This document shows, piece by piece, positions 38,840-51,470 of a stretch of DNA of 58,377 bases (position 1 is the first letter of the stretch; every line of letters starts with the position of its first letter). This DNA comes from Octopus bimaculoides (Eukaryota). The notes under the pieces were generated by a model. That model was given only the letters and a program-made list of their open reading frames with translations, ran no database searches and was not told the origin of the DNA. The DNA lies in NCBI RefSeq assembly GCF_001194135.2, contig NC_068981.1, positions 104,374,535 to 104,432,911 on the forward strand. Reading direction: 5' to 3'. The translations under genes and the position numbers were made by a program.

Positions 38840-39175
38840 AACAAGAGAATGAACCTTCATAAAATGGAATTGCAGACCTGTGCAGAATGGGATTACTTGT
38901 CTTTTCAAAATTCAACAAAATGCAATTAGTGATCTCTACAAAATGTGATTAGTATCCCTCACAAAATGGGATAACTAGCCATCCCAAAGTGAGATTGTTG
39001 TCCTTTAGAAAATAGAAAACTTACCCTTCACAAAATGGCATACCTGACCTCCTAATAATGGTATTACTGATCTTAAAAATAGAGATAGCAATCTTCACTG
39101 AGTGGGATAACTAACTTTGATAAATTGATATAACTGGCCATGACAAAAATTGGATAACTGGCCTTGACAAAATGT
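38840..39175. repeat. Degenerate ~22-bp minisatellite (cacaaaatgggataactgaccct-like)
   Basis: Recurring acaaaatg(g)gat(t/a)actg(a/g)cc, more than 12 units. Confidence 0.75.
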
Positions 39176-39366
39176 CAGTGAATTTAGTAAAACTGATGCC
39201 AACTGGAAATTGGAACTTTGTCATGTATATTCTGACCACTACTTACCATTCCACAGCTTCAGCCTCTTGCAAATAAGGAGTGAGTTGCCTATAATTTCAT
39301 ACTTTCGGCAACTCTACTTGCCTATAGTACAAAATTATGATTACTAAGGTTGTGAATGTCTTCTAA

Positions 39367-39595
39367 CCCTTTCGATACCAACCTGCCTGAGACAAGCCCT
39401 TGTTCTGTGATACAAGCTTTTTTTGTTTTAAAATGATCTATATTAAAACGTTTTGTGTTAATTTCATGTTAATTCATATTCCAAACATTATCTTTAATAA
39501 TGACAAAATTATTTTACAAAATTCTTTATATTTTCAAAATTTATTGAAACAAAGGCAGTGTATTTCAACAGAAATATGATTAAAACAAAAGCAGG
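39367..39595. mobile_element. piggyBac-like MITE
   Basis: CTAA|ccctttcgatacc ... gcagg|TTAA. Reverse complement of 53436-53655. Confidence 0.7.
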
Positions 39596-39931
39596 TTAAG
39601 AACACAATGGTGTGTATGTAGTAGGATTGAAACCAATGTGCCAGGAGTTATGTTTCTTGTCTTTCATATCAATTTGCTTAAAGTGTTTAAATTTACTCAG
39701 TTTTAGTAAGTTTACTCTTCATACTATCTGTCTGAACACCTATTTCTTTAAAGAGTTAAGTTTATAGCTATTGTTGTTTTTTAGACCTAGGTCAACCTTA
39801 GTCAAATAGATCGTGATCCTCTCATCTTTTTCTTTTCTTTCTGGGAAAGTATAAGACTACATTTTCTGACATGTGCTTCCCTTTTTCCAATGAAGAGGGT
39901 GTTTTTCTTTACCAATGTATTACTGATGCTT

Positions 39932-40152
39932 TAAGGTCGCAAGCTGGCAGAATCGTTAGTACACCAGACAAAATGCTTAGTGCTATTTTACCCATTGTTA
40001 CATTCTGAGTTCAGACTCCATGAAGGTCAACTTTGCCTTTCATCCTTTCAGGGGTCAATAAAATAAGTACCAATTGAGCACTGAGGCTGATGCAATCGAC
40101 TTACTCTCCTTCTGAAAAGCTGCTAGCCTTGTACCAAACTGTGAAACCAATA
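39932..40152 (+). mobile_element. Meta-domain SINE (family B), 14-bp TSD
   Basis: TSD tattactgatgctt at 39918-39931 and 40153-40166. Confidence 0.9.
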
Positions 40153-41187
40153 TATTACTGATGCTTATCATTATGCAAGTTATGTATGAAGTAATAACAG
40201 ATTAACAACCAAACTAACTATGCTTAAAATCAGAAAATTTGAAATACAGAACTGGGTACCATGGAGTCTCTTGTTTAGATCTGTAACTATATGTACCACC
40301 ACCACCACCACCACCACCACCACCACACTAGATTACTTTAGTAATTAGATCTGTTACTGGTCTTAGTCATTTAGATAGATTGGCACTCTTTTCTCTGAGT
40401 TGACTTCAAATTTATGACACTGTTCACTTATCATAAACTATCATATATAAATGGACTGGAAATTTGCTGTCCTATGTGTATTTACTGAACTTCAATTGAA
40501 ACAAGTTCATAATCAGCCATTGTTGCCCCATGTTAGCTATCGATCAACTTAAACACATTAACAAAAGCAAACAAACAGAATTTAATTCACTTGGTAACAC
40601 GATGCCTTTCAGTCTATAGGGTAACTTCTGCTTCAAGATAATCATGTTTATCTCTCTAATCTCTGTGTTTTAAACAAAAAAAACGTAAAACATACATTAT
40701 CTACACAAACATCTTTCATACAATAATGTTGGCTTACTCATTAAATTAGAATCCAGTGGTTAGCTGCTAATCAAATAACTTGAGTATGTACAGTAATGGT
40801 TTTGGAGGGTTGGCTGGCTGTCTTCTCATTTATTAGCAAAATAGGCAATGTGCCATTCTATTTTCATTTTGCTTATTTATCTTTTTCATTTATCTAAACT
40901 ACAAAATAATTGTCTCCCCATATAAAATCTAGATGCTGTCTCCTGCAAATATTTTAGTAAATACAAATTTCATAATCTTTATCTTCTTGACTACAGCATT
41001 TATCTTTTTACTGGCCGTCCATCTTCTTTTGCTTTAATTATTATAATTTGAGCCATTAAATTTAATTTACATTTCATCTTTGTTAGTATTTTACTCTGAC
41101 TACTCTGTTGGCTGAGATACTAGACTTACTGGATGTTTTGGCTAGATTTGACATTTTGCATAAAAGGAAAATAAAATACAATGTTCT

Positions 41188-41501
41188 GTTGTGTCTAGAG
41201 AGAGTCATTATGCCAATATTATTAACACACACACTAGTTCAATTCCACTCCTTTATTATTAGTCAATTGGTTAAATATCCAACTAACTAATCAACTGTTT
41301 GTTTAGTTTGGTTAAACAGTAAGTCATTTGTTTTGTTTTTGTTTGTAAAAGCTCTTTCATTGCTACTTGCAACCTTTTCAATGACTTTTGAGAATTGATC
41401 AGTTAGGTGGATATTTAACCAATTGACTAATAACAAAGGAGTGGAACTGAACCAGTGCATGTGTTAATAATATTGACAAAATAACTCTCCTGAGATACAA
41501 C
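41188..41501. repeat. Inverted repeat with ~105-bp arms and ~100-bp spacer (MITE-like)
   Basis: 41188-41294 matches the reverse complement of 41395-41501 with scattered mismatches. Confidence 0.8.
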
Positions 41502-41633
41502 AAAATTTGTTTCAGTACATGAATTCACATAAAGAATTTTCCAAACCAGATACAAAAATGAAGTAAAAATACAATATCCAATTCAAAAATAAAAGTATTT
41601 TAAAAAAATCAAAAATATCAATTAGATTATAAG

Positions 41634-42374
41634 TTATTTGATGTAGCCATTTTCAGCTTCCACCACAGCCTCAGGATGGCTCCAGAACTTGGCATATGTG
41701 TTCTTCATTGTGTCCCTGGGAAGATCTTTGAACACCTCTTTGATTTTAACCACCAGCTCAGCCTTGGTATTACAGGCAGAGTTGTTGGTGTCTCTCTCAG
41801 CCATACCCCACACATAATAAACCATGGGATTACAATTGGGAGAATTAGGAGGCCAAAAATTGGAGCTGGTGTAGTCATAGGAATTCTCCAACAACCACTT
41901 CTGACTCTTTCCAGAGGTATAGCAAGGAGCCAAATCCTGCTCTCACACATATGGCCTTCTAGTAGCTTCACATACCTGTCTTAATTGAGCCTAAGGCCTT
42001 GTTAAGAAATGTGGGTATGAATTCCAGTATGCAGATGCAGTCAGAACACTTGCTGTGTTCCTTCCTCCTGGACATGAGTTTGTAGTTTCCATTGCAGTTG
42101 TCTCTGTTATGTCTTACAGCCTTTACAGTGTTCACAATGCACTGAGAAGCAGTCGTGATGTTGGCATTTTGATACCTGGCACGAATCACCATAATACAGA
42201 TAACTCTTTTCCAATATTCCAATGACTTCTAACCTTCCATGTCAGTTAATTTACTCTGAACTACAACTTTAATTTCTATGCTTTCCAACACAATTGACTG
42301 TTCATCAATGCATCCAGCTGTTCTTGAAAAAAAGGAGACATAAAAATCATCAAATTTAGCCCAACCTCCCTGTA
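41634..42374 (-). mobile_element. maT-type (DD37D) Tc1/mariner transposon relic, internally deleted
   Basis: QDLAPCYTS...WPPNSPNCNPMVYYVWG has 37 residues between D and a GAT>GTT mutated site. N-terminal fragment RRKEHSKCSD. TA-CAGGGAGG terminus at 42374. Confidence 0.85.
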
Positions 42375-43174
42375 ACTGAGAATATGTTGTACAAGTTCAA
42401 GACAAAGCTGCTTACAAAGCTGTGTCCCTTGTCAGCTTCATAGTGTTGTTCCTTAAAAATGTAAATTTTTTTGTTCTTTTACTGTCACTGGACTGTAGCA
42501 ATGCCAAGCACTGTCTTCAAGTAAATTTTTGTTGAATATGTTGAACTCAGTTCTTTGTGACATTAACTTCATCAACCTCAGAGGAGAACAAAAGCAAAGT
42601 CAATCACCGAGAAGAGAATATAACTAAATCTGATAGAAATACTGCATGTTTTTCCCTGTGATATGTGTGTAGGCATACGCACACATGCAAAAAAACACAC
42701 ACATGCACATACATACATACATACATACATACATACATACATACATCAAGCAAATTTCGTTCACAAATTTTTCATCAACCCAAGGATTATTGTAAAGACA
42801 TTTGTCCTGAATTTTGTTCAGTGAGATCCAACCTGTAAACCTCTGGTTGCAAAGTAAACTTCTTAACTATACAGTCATGCCTGCATCATCATCATCAATG
42901 TCTGTTTTCCATGCTGGCATGGGTTGGATAGTTTGACAAGATCTGGTGAACTACACATAGTACTGTACCATGGTCCAAGTAAAAATATAACCAAAACACA
43001 TACCAGTTGCCTTAATATTAAAACATGCATTTAAACAGTTGACATTAAAGAGTCAGTAGAAGGAAAGAATCAGAACTAATTGCTTTATATCATCCTCATT
43101 GTTGTTTCAGTTACATTTTGAATTTCTAATATTCTTAGGTTTTGGCTTTGTTGGGTCAATAAATAGCAGAAATA

Positions 43175-43390
43175 AGGTAATGAAATGCCAGAATCATTAG
43201 TATGCCAGGCAAAATGCTTAGCAGTATTTCATTCATCTTTTTACTTTCTGAGTTCAAATTCCACTGAGGTCAACTTTGCTTTTCACCCTTTCAAAGTTGA
43301 TAAAAAAAGTACCAGTTGAGCTCTGGGGTTGATGGAATCAATTTACCCCCTCCATGAAATTGCTGGCCTTGTGCTGAAACTTGAAGCTAA
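43175..43390 (+). mobile_element. Meta-domain SINE (family B) with TSD
   Basis: Flanked by aataaata(g/a)cagaaataa on both sides. Confidence 0.85.
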
Positions 43391-44389
43391 TAAATAACAG
43401 AAATAAAGCTCAGGCCAATTCACTATACTTTTTAATTTTAGAAAACATTCTTAACTATAAAAGAAATCTGGAAATTGGAAACCTTATTCTTAGCTGATTG
43501 AATAATGTTTACTCAAAAGAAGTCCCTTAGATTTTCTTTTCTAATATCCAAGTTAATAAGTAAATGAACTTACATGCCTTTCAGCAAATCTATTGCTAGT
43601 TATAAAAGTTTGTATATGTATTAATGATTAAGTTTTTCATAATAACTTTCTTCTATTTTTAGGTATATGGGTATTAGAGTAACAAATATTAATTAAATGG
43701 AAAAGGAATTATGAGTAGAGATTATTAAAAAGGGATTATAGCTTCTTAGCTATGTATTTTTTGTTTTTTTTATTATCATTAATTATGATTAGGTTAGTTA
43801 TAGTTTGTTATTTTCAAGAGGATCCATTACAAATTTTAAAATTATATTTAAATTTACAATTTTAAGTTTAATAAGCAGACTTTATTTCTATACATAAATT
43901 CATCCTGATTATAATTAGGGCATTAATTGATTTGCCATTTCCTGTTTAAAATTTTATATGTTGAAATTTTTGTTCTTTAGTTGTGTTGTTTTATTATTCA
44001 AATTTTAAGGCTTCAGTATACAAAGCTCTCGTTTCAATGTTTCTGTTACTTGTGACAATGCAAAAGCAAATAAGATTTGTGACACCTTCTATAAATATTG
44101 CTTGTTTTTCTTATGCATAGTATTCCAAATGACAACCTAATGAAATATGTAGGTTCTATGTAGAAAAACCGCATGTTGTTGCCTGTACTCGTTTCACTCA
44201 GTCAAACTAAATTAATACTCTACAGTTTGAGTACTGGTTCTTAATTTGTTACTTCTGTTACTCTGTGCAACAAAATTTTTATTGCTTTTGTCTTTGGTCA
44301 GTAAGTGTTATTTTCTATTGACTCCTATCTAGAAATCAGAGGAAATGACTTCTATTCCCTTTAAACTTTGCTTTCGTGACCTGAACATC

Positions 44390-45666
44390 AGTGTTTTCAA
44401 ACTGACCTATTTTCCATTACCTTTGAGACAGATTCAGCACTGAGTTGCTGAAGCAGAAATATCATTGTAGCAAATATTCTGCTCCATACCACAAATTTGC
44501 TTGTCAATTGCTTGACTTTTAACCATTTGAGCATATCCCTTAGTGGCTGTTTCTTTTCAGATATCATCAGAAAAAGGTAATTAAAATTCATTAAAATGAC
44601 AGAGCTATTAGACTTTCAAAGCGGTCAAATTGTTGGTGCTCATATAGCAGGTGCTAGTGTAATGAAAACACCTGAAATGTTTGGTGTATCAAGAAGTACT
44701 GTCGCGAAAGTAATGACAGCCTTTGAGAAAAAGGGAAAAGTCGCCTCGTCAAAACAAAACTCTGGAAGAAAACCAAAACTTTCAGATAGGGACTGTCAGA
44801 CTCTTATATGAATTGTTAGAAAGAATCACAAAAGTACAGCTCCCAAATTACTGCAGAGCTTAATGACCACCTTGAGAACCCAGTTTCCACAAAAACTGTT
44901 CACAAGGAGCTACACAAAGCCAGATTTCACAGGAGAGCTGCAATCAGAAAACCACTACTTTCAAAAATAAACCTTGGAGTAAAAAACCTACAGAATTGGT
45001 CCCTAGAGCAATGGAAGAATGTTATTTTCTTGGACAAGTCATCCTTTATCTTATTTCCAACCATCGGCCGAGTATACATGTGGAGACAGCCAAAAGAAGC
45101 ATTTGACCCAGACTGCCTTCTTCCAACTGTAAAACATGGAGGAGGATCTGTGATGATCTGGGGGGGCTATATCTTGGAAATCCACTGGCCCAATGGTTTC
45201 CCTTTATGGTAGAATTAATAGTCAAGACTACTTAAGCATTTTATCTGATCAAATTCATCCTATGGTTGCGGAACTGTTTCTGGAGTGAAACGCAATCTTT
45301 CAGGATGATAATGCACCAATTCACACAGCTAAAGTTGTTACTGAATGGCATGAGGAACATTTGAGTGAAGTTGAACGTCTTATCTGGCCACTGCAGTCCC
45401 CAGATCTCAATATTATTGAACATCTATGGTGCATTTTAGAAAAACAAGTAAGGAGTCGATATCTTCCACCATCATCACTACAAGAACTGGATAATGTTTT
45501 AGCTGAAGAATGGACAAAAATTCCTTTGGAAACAATTCAAACTTAGTACAAGTCTATACTTCATAGAATTCAAGCTGTAATTACTGCCAAAGGCAGTCCT
45601 ACCCCATATTAAAATTAATTTCTTTGAAATTTTAAGGTGTTTCCATTATTTTGTCCAACCCTTGTA
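44390..45666 (+). mobile_element. Tc1-type DNA transposon, degraded transposase (44596-45612), DD36E spacing, left end truncated
   Basis: HTH N-terminus MTELLDFQSGQIVG...GRKPKLSDRD, then DKSSF, QDDNAPIH and WPLQSPDLNIIE, with stops and frameshifts. Right TIR ...ggtgtttccattattttgtccaacccttg|TA. No matching left TIR seen. Confidence 0.92.
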
Positions 45667-46111
45667 CATATATACATATTTATAACAGGCTTCTTTCAAA
45701 TGCACTTACATGGTTTTGGTCAGCTTGGAGCTATAGCGGAAGATTCTTACCCAAGATGCCACACAGTGGTACTGAACCTAAGTACAATAGTTGAGAATCA
45801 AGCTTATCAAGTAAACATCCATACATGTGCCTTCAGTTTTATATATACATCTTCTCCTTGACCTATGACCTATGTGACTTACAACCACAAAAAATAAATA
45901 AATAAAAATAGATACATAAAAAAATTGATTTCGGATGTTGAGCAGCTGTGCATATGATGATTATGGCAGCATCTGGCAACATAGGCCTCGTTCAGACCCT
46001 GTCCTTCATTCAGTTGCTTTCAAGCATCAGTAGTGTTTGAATGACAATAGTGTTGAAAAATATGGAACTCAGTCATAAGTTGAGGAGAAAGCGTATATAT
46101 ATGTATATATA

Positions 46112-46795
46112 CTGGCAGAAAGACCACCCTCCGGGCCGTTTTCTGCTAGCCACTTGATAATATTTTCACATTTGATTCCCAATTCTAGTCATTTTTACGA
46201 TACTTTACGTCTAATTATTTCTTTGTATAATAGTGCTCACTTGCTTAGTAAATATTGCTTTCATTATTTTATCGCAGTCATAATCTCTCTTTTTTAAACA
46301 AACATCAATATAGCCCAACTACAGAGGGGAAGCAATTTGTCAAGTTTTACCTGGCAACATAGAGATTTCAATTCAGCAGCCCATCTGTAAGCTTTGCAGT
46401 ATGAACAAACATTGTCAAAGAGACTCCCTGCACTATGTCGCTGTACAATAGACAGGACAGCCTGTTCTTGAAAATTATCAAAACTGGCTTTCATTGCTAA
46501 TCCTTTAACAGAATTCTTCCTAGTTTGAAATTTTTTTGGTCTGAACTCCTGCTGTAAATATTTGGTTTCGTCTCTCAGTACCCTGTTTGTTGGCACTGAT
46601 GTTTTTGTTTGTATCTCACTGAAGTTTGGAAGGCTTCTCATTTGATACTGATTATCAATAGGCAGCTGAACAGTTACAGATAGAGAAAACTGACTCTGTC
46701 TTATTTTGAAGTAAAATATTCTCCTCTCAAGATACCCTAACCAGTCGGTCATGTGTAGTTGAGACAGAATCATCTCTACAACTACGTGCATATTT
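46112..46795 (-). mobile_element. Helitron fragment (N-terminal Cys-rich region plus 3' terminus)
   Basis: ORF 46294-46791 has HSAGSLFDNVCSYCKAYRWAAELKSLCCQVKL, the Helitron C-x2-C...W-x2-E-x4-CC motif. Subterminal hairpin cagaaa...tttctg followed by CCAG|T (CTAG-like) at 46112. Confidence 0.75.
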
Positions 46796-47279
46796 AGGCA
46801 TTGGGATTAATGTAATTGGCTAGCCCCCTCCCTTAAAACTCCAGGCCTTATGCCTCTAAGAGAAAGATTATTATTATTATTATTATTATTAAGTGGTCAA
46901 ATAAAACATACATTTGTGACCAGCATCAAAGAAGTCAAGATCTAACTGAAAAGTTTTGGGATACCTCTCATCTGTATGTGTGTACTCATGTATGTGTATG
47001 CTTTATTAAAACATTTTGTCTTGCATAAAACAAAAACATTTTGTTTGATAAAACAAAGATTAAAACTCAGTTTCAATACTTTGACTTCTTTATTCTATTC
47101 TGACCATGTTCCTCTGAACAGTTAACTTCAGGGTGTGTGTGTGTGTGTGTTTACATACATACATACAGACAGACTGACTGACTGACTGACTGACTGACTG
47201 ACTGAAGTGTGTACAGGTGTAAATCAGTCAAAAAGCTTAGTGATACTTAAGTCCTTAAAATGGAAGTAATACTCTAAAG

Positions 47280-47732
47280 TAGTGATTCTTGACCATTTTT
47301 TTTTTTATCAGTGGACCCCTTTGATTATTATTCTATTTTGGTGAATCCCCTATAATTATTCAATGTTTAAAAACTAGTTTTACAGATACTCTTTTCTAAA
47401 TTTCTATTTTGTTTTTCACACAATAACTTGTATAAGTTCAACTATGTGAAACATTAGAGAAAGAAACCTAGCTGTTTCTTGCAATAAATACTTTTAAAGC
47501 AAAATATTTTTCATGGATCAGATTGGAGCCTGGTGTAGCCATCTGGTTCACCAGTCCTCAGACAAATCGTCCAACCCATGCTAGCATGGAAAGCGGACGT
47601 TAAACGATGATGATGATGATGATGATAATGATGATGATGATGGACCCTTAAAATGCTACTGTGGATTCCCAATTTACTATTTTACTTGTGTGGACCTCTA
47701 GGTTTCATATCAACCCTGGTTGAAAACCATTG
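47280..47732. mobile_element. hAT-type MITE, same family, opposite orientation
   Basis: Degenerate TIRs. TSD ctctaaag / ctctacag. Body is the reverse complement of 23743-24061. Confidence 0.85.
47520..47640 (+). mobile_element. 5'-truncated family C insertion inside a hAT MITE
   Basis: About 120 bp ending in (gat)n, flanked by atggatc / atggacc (TSD). Confidence 0.85.
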
Positions 47733-48009
47733 CTCTACAGGGTCATACTTTGATGAATTTAGCCATTAAATGACCTGAAATTTAAGAAAAGAAATGAGTA
47801 ACATGCTAAGTATTAGATTTTCTTGGTTTGATTAAAAACTTTTGAAGGTGTTTCCCTAACATGTCCACAGCCCAATGATTAAGACCTGTTAAAGAAGAAC
47901 AGAATCCGATATGAGAGCATGTGCTCTTGGCCATGTAAAAGTCAATGAGTTCCTAGAAGGTTGAAATCACAATTAACACATACACATTCCTTCTCTCTTT
48001 CTCTCTCTC

Positions 48010-48056
<47 letters not shown>

Positions 48057-48115
48057 TACACACACACACACTGTTTCCTTCAAATCTGAAAATCATTTTA
48101 TTTCTCTATTCTCAG

Positions 48116-48157
48116 ATCTAAAGGCGGGCTTTCAACTTCTGTAGCATCTGTAATTAG
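48116..48157 (+). CDS. TMEM135: TMEM135 internal coding exon (42 nt, phase 2-2)
   Basis: ttctctattctcAG | 42 nt | GTAAGT. The only open frame gives (R)SKGGLSTSVASVI(R), which aligns with human TMEM135 RCKDGLKGFTFSALR as I recall it. Splices in frame to 51086. Confidence 0.85.
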
Positions 48158-48657
48158 GTAAGTAAAATATATATTTATTATTTATTTTTGATCAATAAAT
48201 TTCTTCAGGATAGAAATATATTCATCATGAACTTCTTTTCTTCTTCTCTCTACCTAACTCCCACTGACAAAAGACAAGGCTGCTAGATGACAGTTTCAGG
48301 CCATAAATTCAAAGATGTATTTAGATTGAGTTTTCTTTTCAATGAGAGAATCAAAGGAGAGAAAGGACATTCCATGACTTCCACAGGCTCTCACTCAACA
48401 CTAGCAGGATAATTACAGTTAATACCTAGTTTGAATATCTTTAGATCAATGTCTGCAGGAAAAGTGAATCTGGTGAAAGAATTCTAGAGGGTTCTAATTC
48501 TAAAGAAGAAGGATTGGAAAAAGTGTTTAGATCAAGATCAAGGAGGTGATGTGCACGGGAATGGATGATGTATGAAGCTAGTTGTTTTAGAGGAGTTGAG
48601 GACTTTACATCTGTAAACAAGAGCTTGTTAGAAGTAGATTTTTGCCTGTGAGATGCC

Positions 48658-49022
48658 GACATGGCTGTGTAGTTAAGAAGTTCGCTTCTCAACCTCATGA
48701 TTTCAGGTTCAGTCCTATTGCATAGCACTTTGGGCAAGTGTCTTCTACTCTAGACCTGGGCCAGGCAATTCCTGGTCAGTGAATTTGCTAGATGGAAACT
48801 GTGAGAAAGCCACCAAATTGTGTGCGTGTGTGTGTATCTGTGTTTGTTCCCCCACTGCCTGATAGCTGGTGTTGCTTTATTTACATCCCTCATGACTTAG
48901 CAGTTTAACAAAGCAATCACTAGAATAAGTACCAGATTTTAAAAAGTACTAGAGTTGGTTTGTTTGACTCATCCTACAAGTGTTCCAGCATGGTCACAGT
49001 CCAATGAGTGAAATAAGTAAAA
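48658..49022 (+). mobile_element. SINE family A
   Basis: catggctgtgtagttaagaagttcgc...gcactttgggcaagtgtcttctac...ccagcatggtcacagtcc. Confidence 0.85.
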
Positions 49023-49179
49023 AACTAGTTAGTCAAATGGTTTAAAAGTGTGGCTTTATAAGCCTCTTGATTTTGTCTTTGTGATTCTGTTCACATTACT
49101 TTTCACTTAGATTTTTTTCACATTTATGCTTAAGTGTTTAAGATGATAATCATCAAAATTGATTTGTCAATTATTTTAC

Positions 49180-49550
49180 ATGACTAAAGCATAATGGATC
49201 TCTGGAGTAATGCTTCTCAACAGGATGTATAACTCAGAGACCAAAATGTCTCCTCACTTGAGCCATTACTTGAGAAGTCACAGCCCTTGTACTACAGACA
49301 TGTGATTGGAATGTTGGAGGAAAGAGTTGCAAGATGAATTCTTCAAGCCAAGCCAACCAGCAGCAGCAGACCTAGGGGTCGACCAAAATGATATTTTTGG
49401 AGAATATTCATTGTCTCTACTGGTCATACTTAGGAATCCAGCCAGAAAGTGTAATGATGGTTTACTTCTGAGAGGTTCCTATGGAGGAGATACTTGAGGA
49501 CTCGGTTCCGTGACTCTCCCAGGAGTAGTGGGTGGAGAAGATGGATGGAT
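49180..49550 (+). mobile_element. Decayed RTE-like LINE 3' end
   Basis: YRHVIGMLEERVAR*ILQAKPTSSSRPRGRPK. Confidence 0.6.
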
Positions 49551-49779
49551 AGAATTTGAAACAAATAAACAAGAATCAAAGAGTGTGCTTTTACATAGTC
49601 ATTTAATCTACTAGAAATAGCAGCTTATCTCCCTGTCATTGTGTTAGTTACCTTAAAAACAGAAAGAATAAATTTAATAATATAGTCCTAGATACATTAT
49701 GTGATGAGTAATAGATGTAACGCCTTTGATTATTTATCTGACTGATCTCTGAGTTGACTTGAAGCTCATCATCATTATC

Positions 49780-50195
49780 AGGATCCCTTAACTGAGGCAA
49801 CCAGTCATTTATATGCCACTGTAGATGCTTTCATAGTCAGCTGTTAGTGCTGGTTTCTGTTCTCTGTCATGCGCAGCATTCACAGTGTTGTGAGCTGTCC
49901 AGTCCTTGACATTGTCAAACCTGGATCTTCTCTGTCTGCCTCTCTTTCACCGTCCCTCAAATGTACCCTGAAGAATGGTTTTGGACAGGGAGTTTTTGCG
50001 GGATACATGACTGTCCCAGACAAGCATTCATATTTTTACCTGCACAATAAGTGGTTCCTGCCTGCCAGCACTGTTCATTCTGTGCTCTGTGTATGGGTTG
50101 TGTAGCAGCCTTCTGAAGCAATTGTGCTTAAATGCCTCTTTGCTCCATGTCAGCTGTAAGGGTCCAGCTTTCACACCCATATGGAAGGGTCAGAG
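49780..50195 (-). mobile_element. Decayed RTE/BovB-like LINE 3' end
   Basis: LPYGCESWTLTADMEQR on the minus strand, followed by degenerate C-terminal motifs. Confidence 0.7.
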
Positions 50196-51085
50196 TCACT
50201 TGGAACTTGTACACTCCAAGCCACATGACTTGAACCTAAATAATAAATAAGCCAAAAACAAAAAAATCCAAAGCCACAAGACCAGCACTTTTAGAGGCAA
50301 GGCTAAGTCGGTTACATTTAATGTCCATTTTCCATGCTGACATGAGTTGGACGGTTTGTCAGGAGCTGGCAAGCCAGAAGACTGCACCAGGCTTCACTGT
50401 CTGTTCAGCATGGTTTTTACAGCTGGATGCCCTTTCAAACACCAACTACTTTACAATGAAACCTGAATGCTTTTTGTGTGTTGCTAGCACTAGTGGGGGT
50501 CACCAACTGACTCACAAGACAAAGATCCTTTGGGAGGTGGGGCATCGGAGGAGGTGGCAGAATTTGAACTCAGAATGTGCAGATGGACAAACTGCCACTA
50601 AGCATTTGGTCCAGATTGCTAATGATTCTACCTGCTTGCCACCTTACTGCACCTCAGAGGTGGTAATGAGGGATTAGAGGGTGACAGAGGGATAGAAACA
50701 GGTGTCTTGTTGTAGAAGAGATACATGGCTACCCAGTGAGAGGGAGAGAGCAAAACAGACAGAGAGAGTGATCAAGAATGAGAGAGGGAGTGAAAGAGTG
50801 TGAGAGTGCAAGAAAGTGAAGGGTGAGAGAGAGCAAGAGAGAGAAGAGTGAGAGAGAGCAAGAGAGAGATGGTGACAAAGTGCCAGTTCTATTGTCTTAT
50901 TTGTTACTAACACAGTAAATTTCATTGAAAATCTTAAAATAAGGTTACCTAAAACTCTTTAAGGAATCAGATTGTATTGATAATGATGATTTAGTTATTT
51001 ACAACAACTTTTACTGATTTTTATGTTGTTTTGTTTGTTTTTTCTTTGTTTTTTTTTATATATATATATATATATATATTTTCAG

Positions 51086-51287
51086 ATTCTTTGTTGGTGC
51101 TGAAGAACATGCAGACTCTACAGAGGATAGTTACTGTGAAAATGAGCAGAATTTGGGAGCAAGTCCTTTAAAATATCATTCCAATAAATACTTAGAATAT
51201 ATAAAATCATTGAAGAAGCGCTGTGAACAGTCTCCACGACATCCACTATGCAAACACAATGATGGCTGCATCCATTATATACTACGT
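51086..51287 (+). CDS. TMEM135: TMEM135 internal coding exon (202 nt, phase 2-0)
   Basis: ttttcAG acceptor and GTAATG donor. Encodes FFVGAEEH...SPRHPLCKHNDGCIHYILR, matching the TMEM135 motifs FIVGKEE and PRHRCCKHYEDNCISYCIK. Confidence 0.9.
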
Positions 51288-51439
51288 GTAATGTACTTTA
51301 ATGTCATGTTCTACAATGTTCTGGTGGTTTCTCATGTCCTAAGGCCTTATATTATGTCCCTTATACACATGCACACAGGCATATGCATGTACACATGCTC
51401 ACATGCACATACACATATTCACATGCACATACATGTATG

Positions 51440-51470
<31 letters not shown>

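Noticed and set aside
44228-44300. Hydrophobic stretch before GTAAGT, suggesting a transmembrane exon
   Set aside because: T-rich intron sequence gives Leu/Phe by chance, the frames have nearby stops, and none matches the expected TMEM135 exon.
48459-48545. 87-nt phase 2-2 exon candidate (RKSESGERILEG...) between two TMEM135 exons
   Set aside because: The donor (GTGATG) is weak, another frame resembles a decayed RTE C-terminus (...MKLVVLEE), and the TMEM135 alignment is continuous without it.
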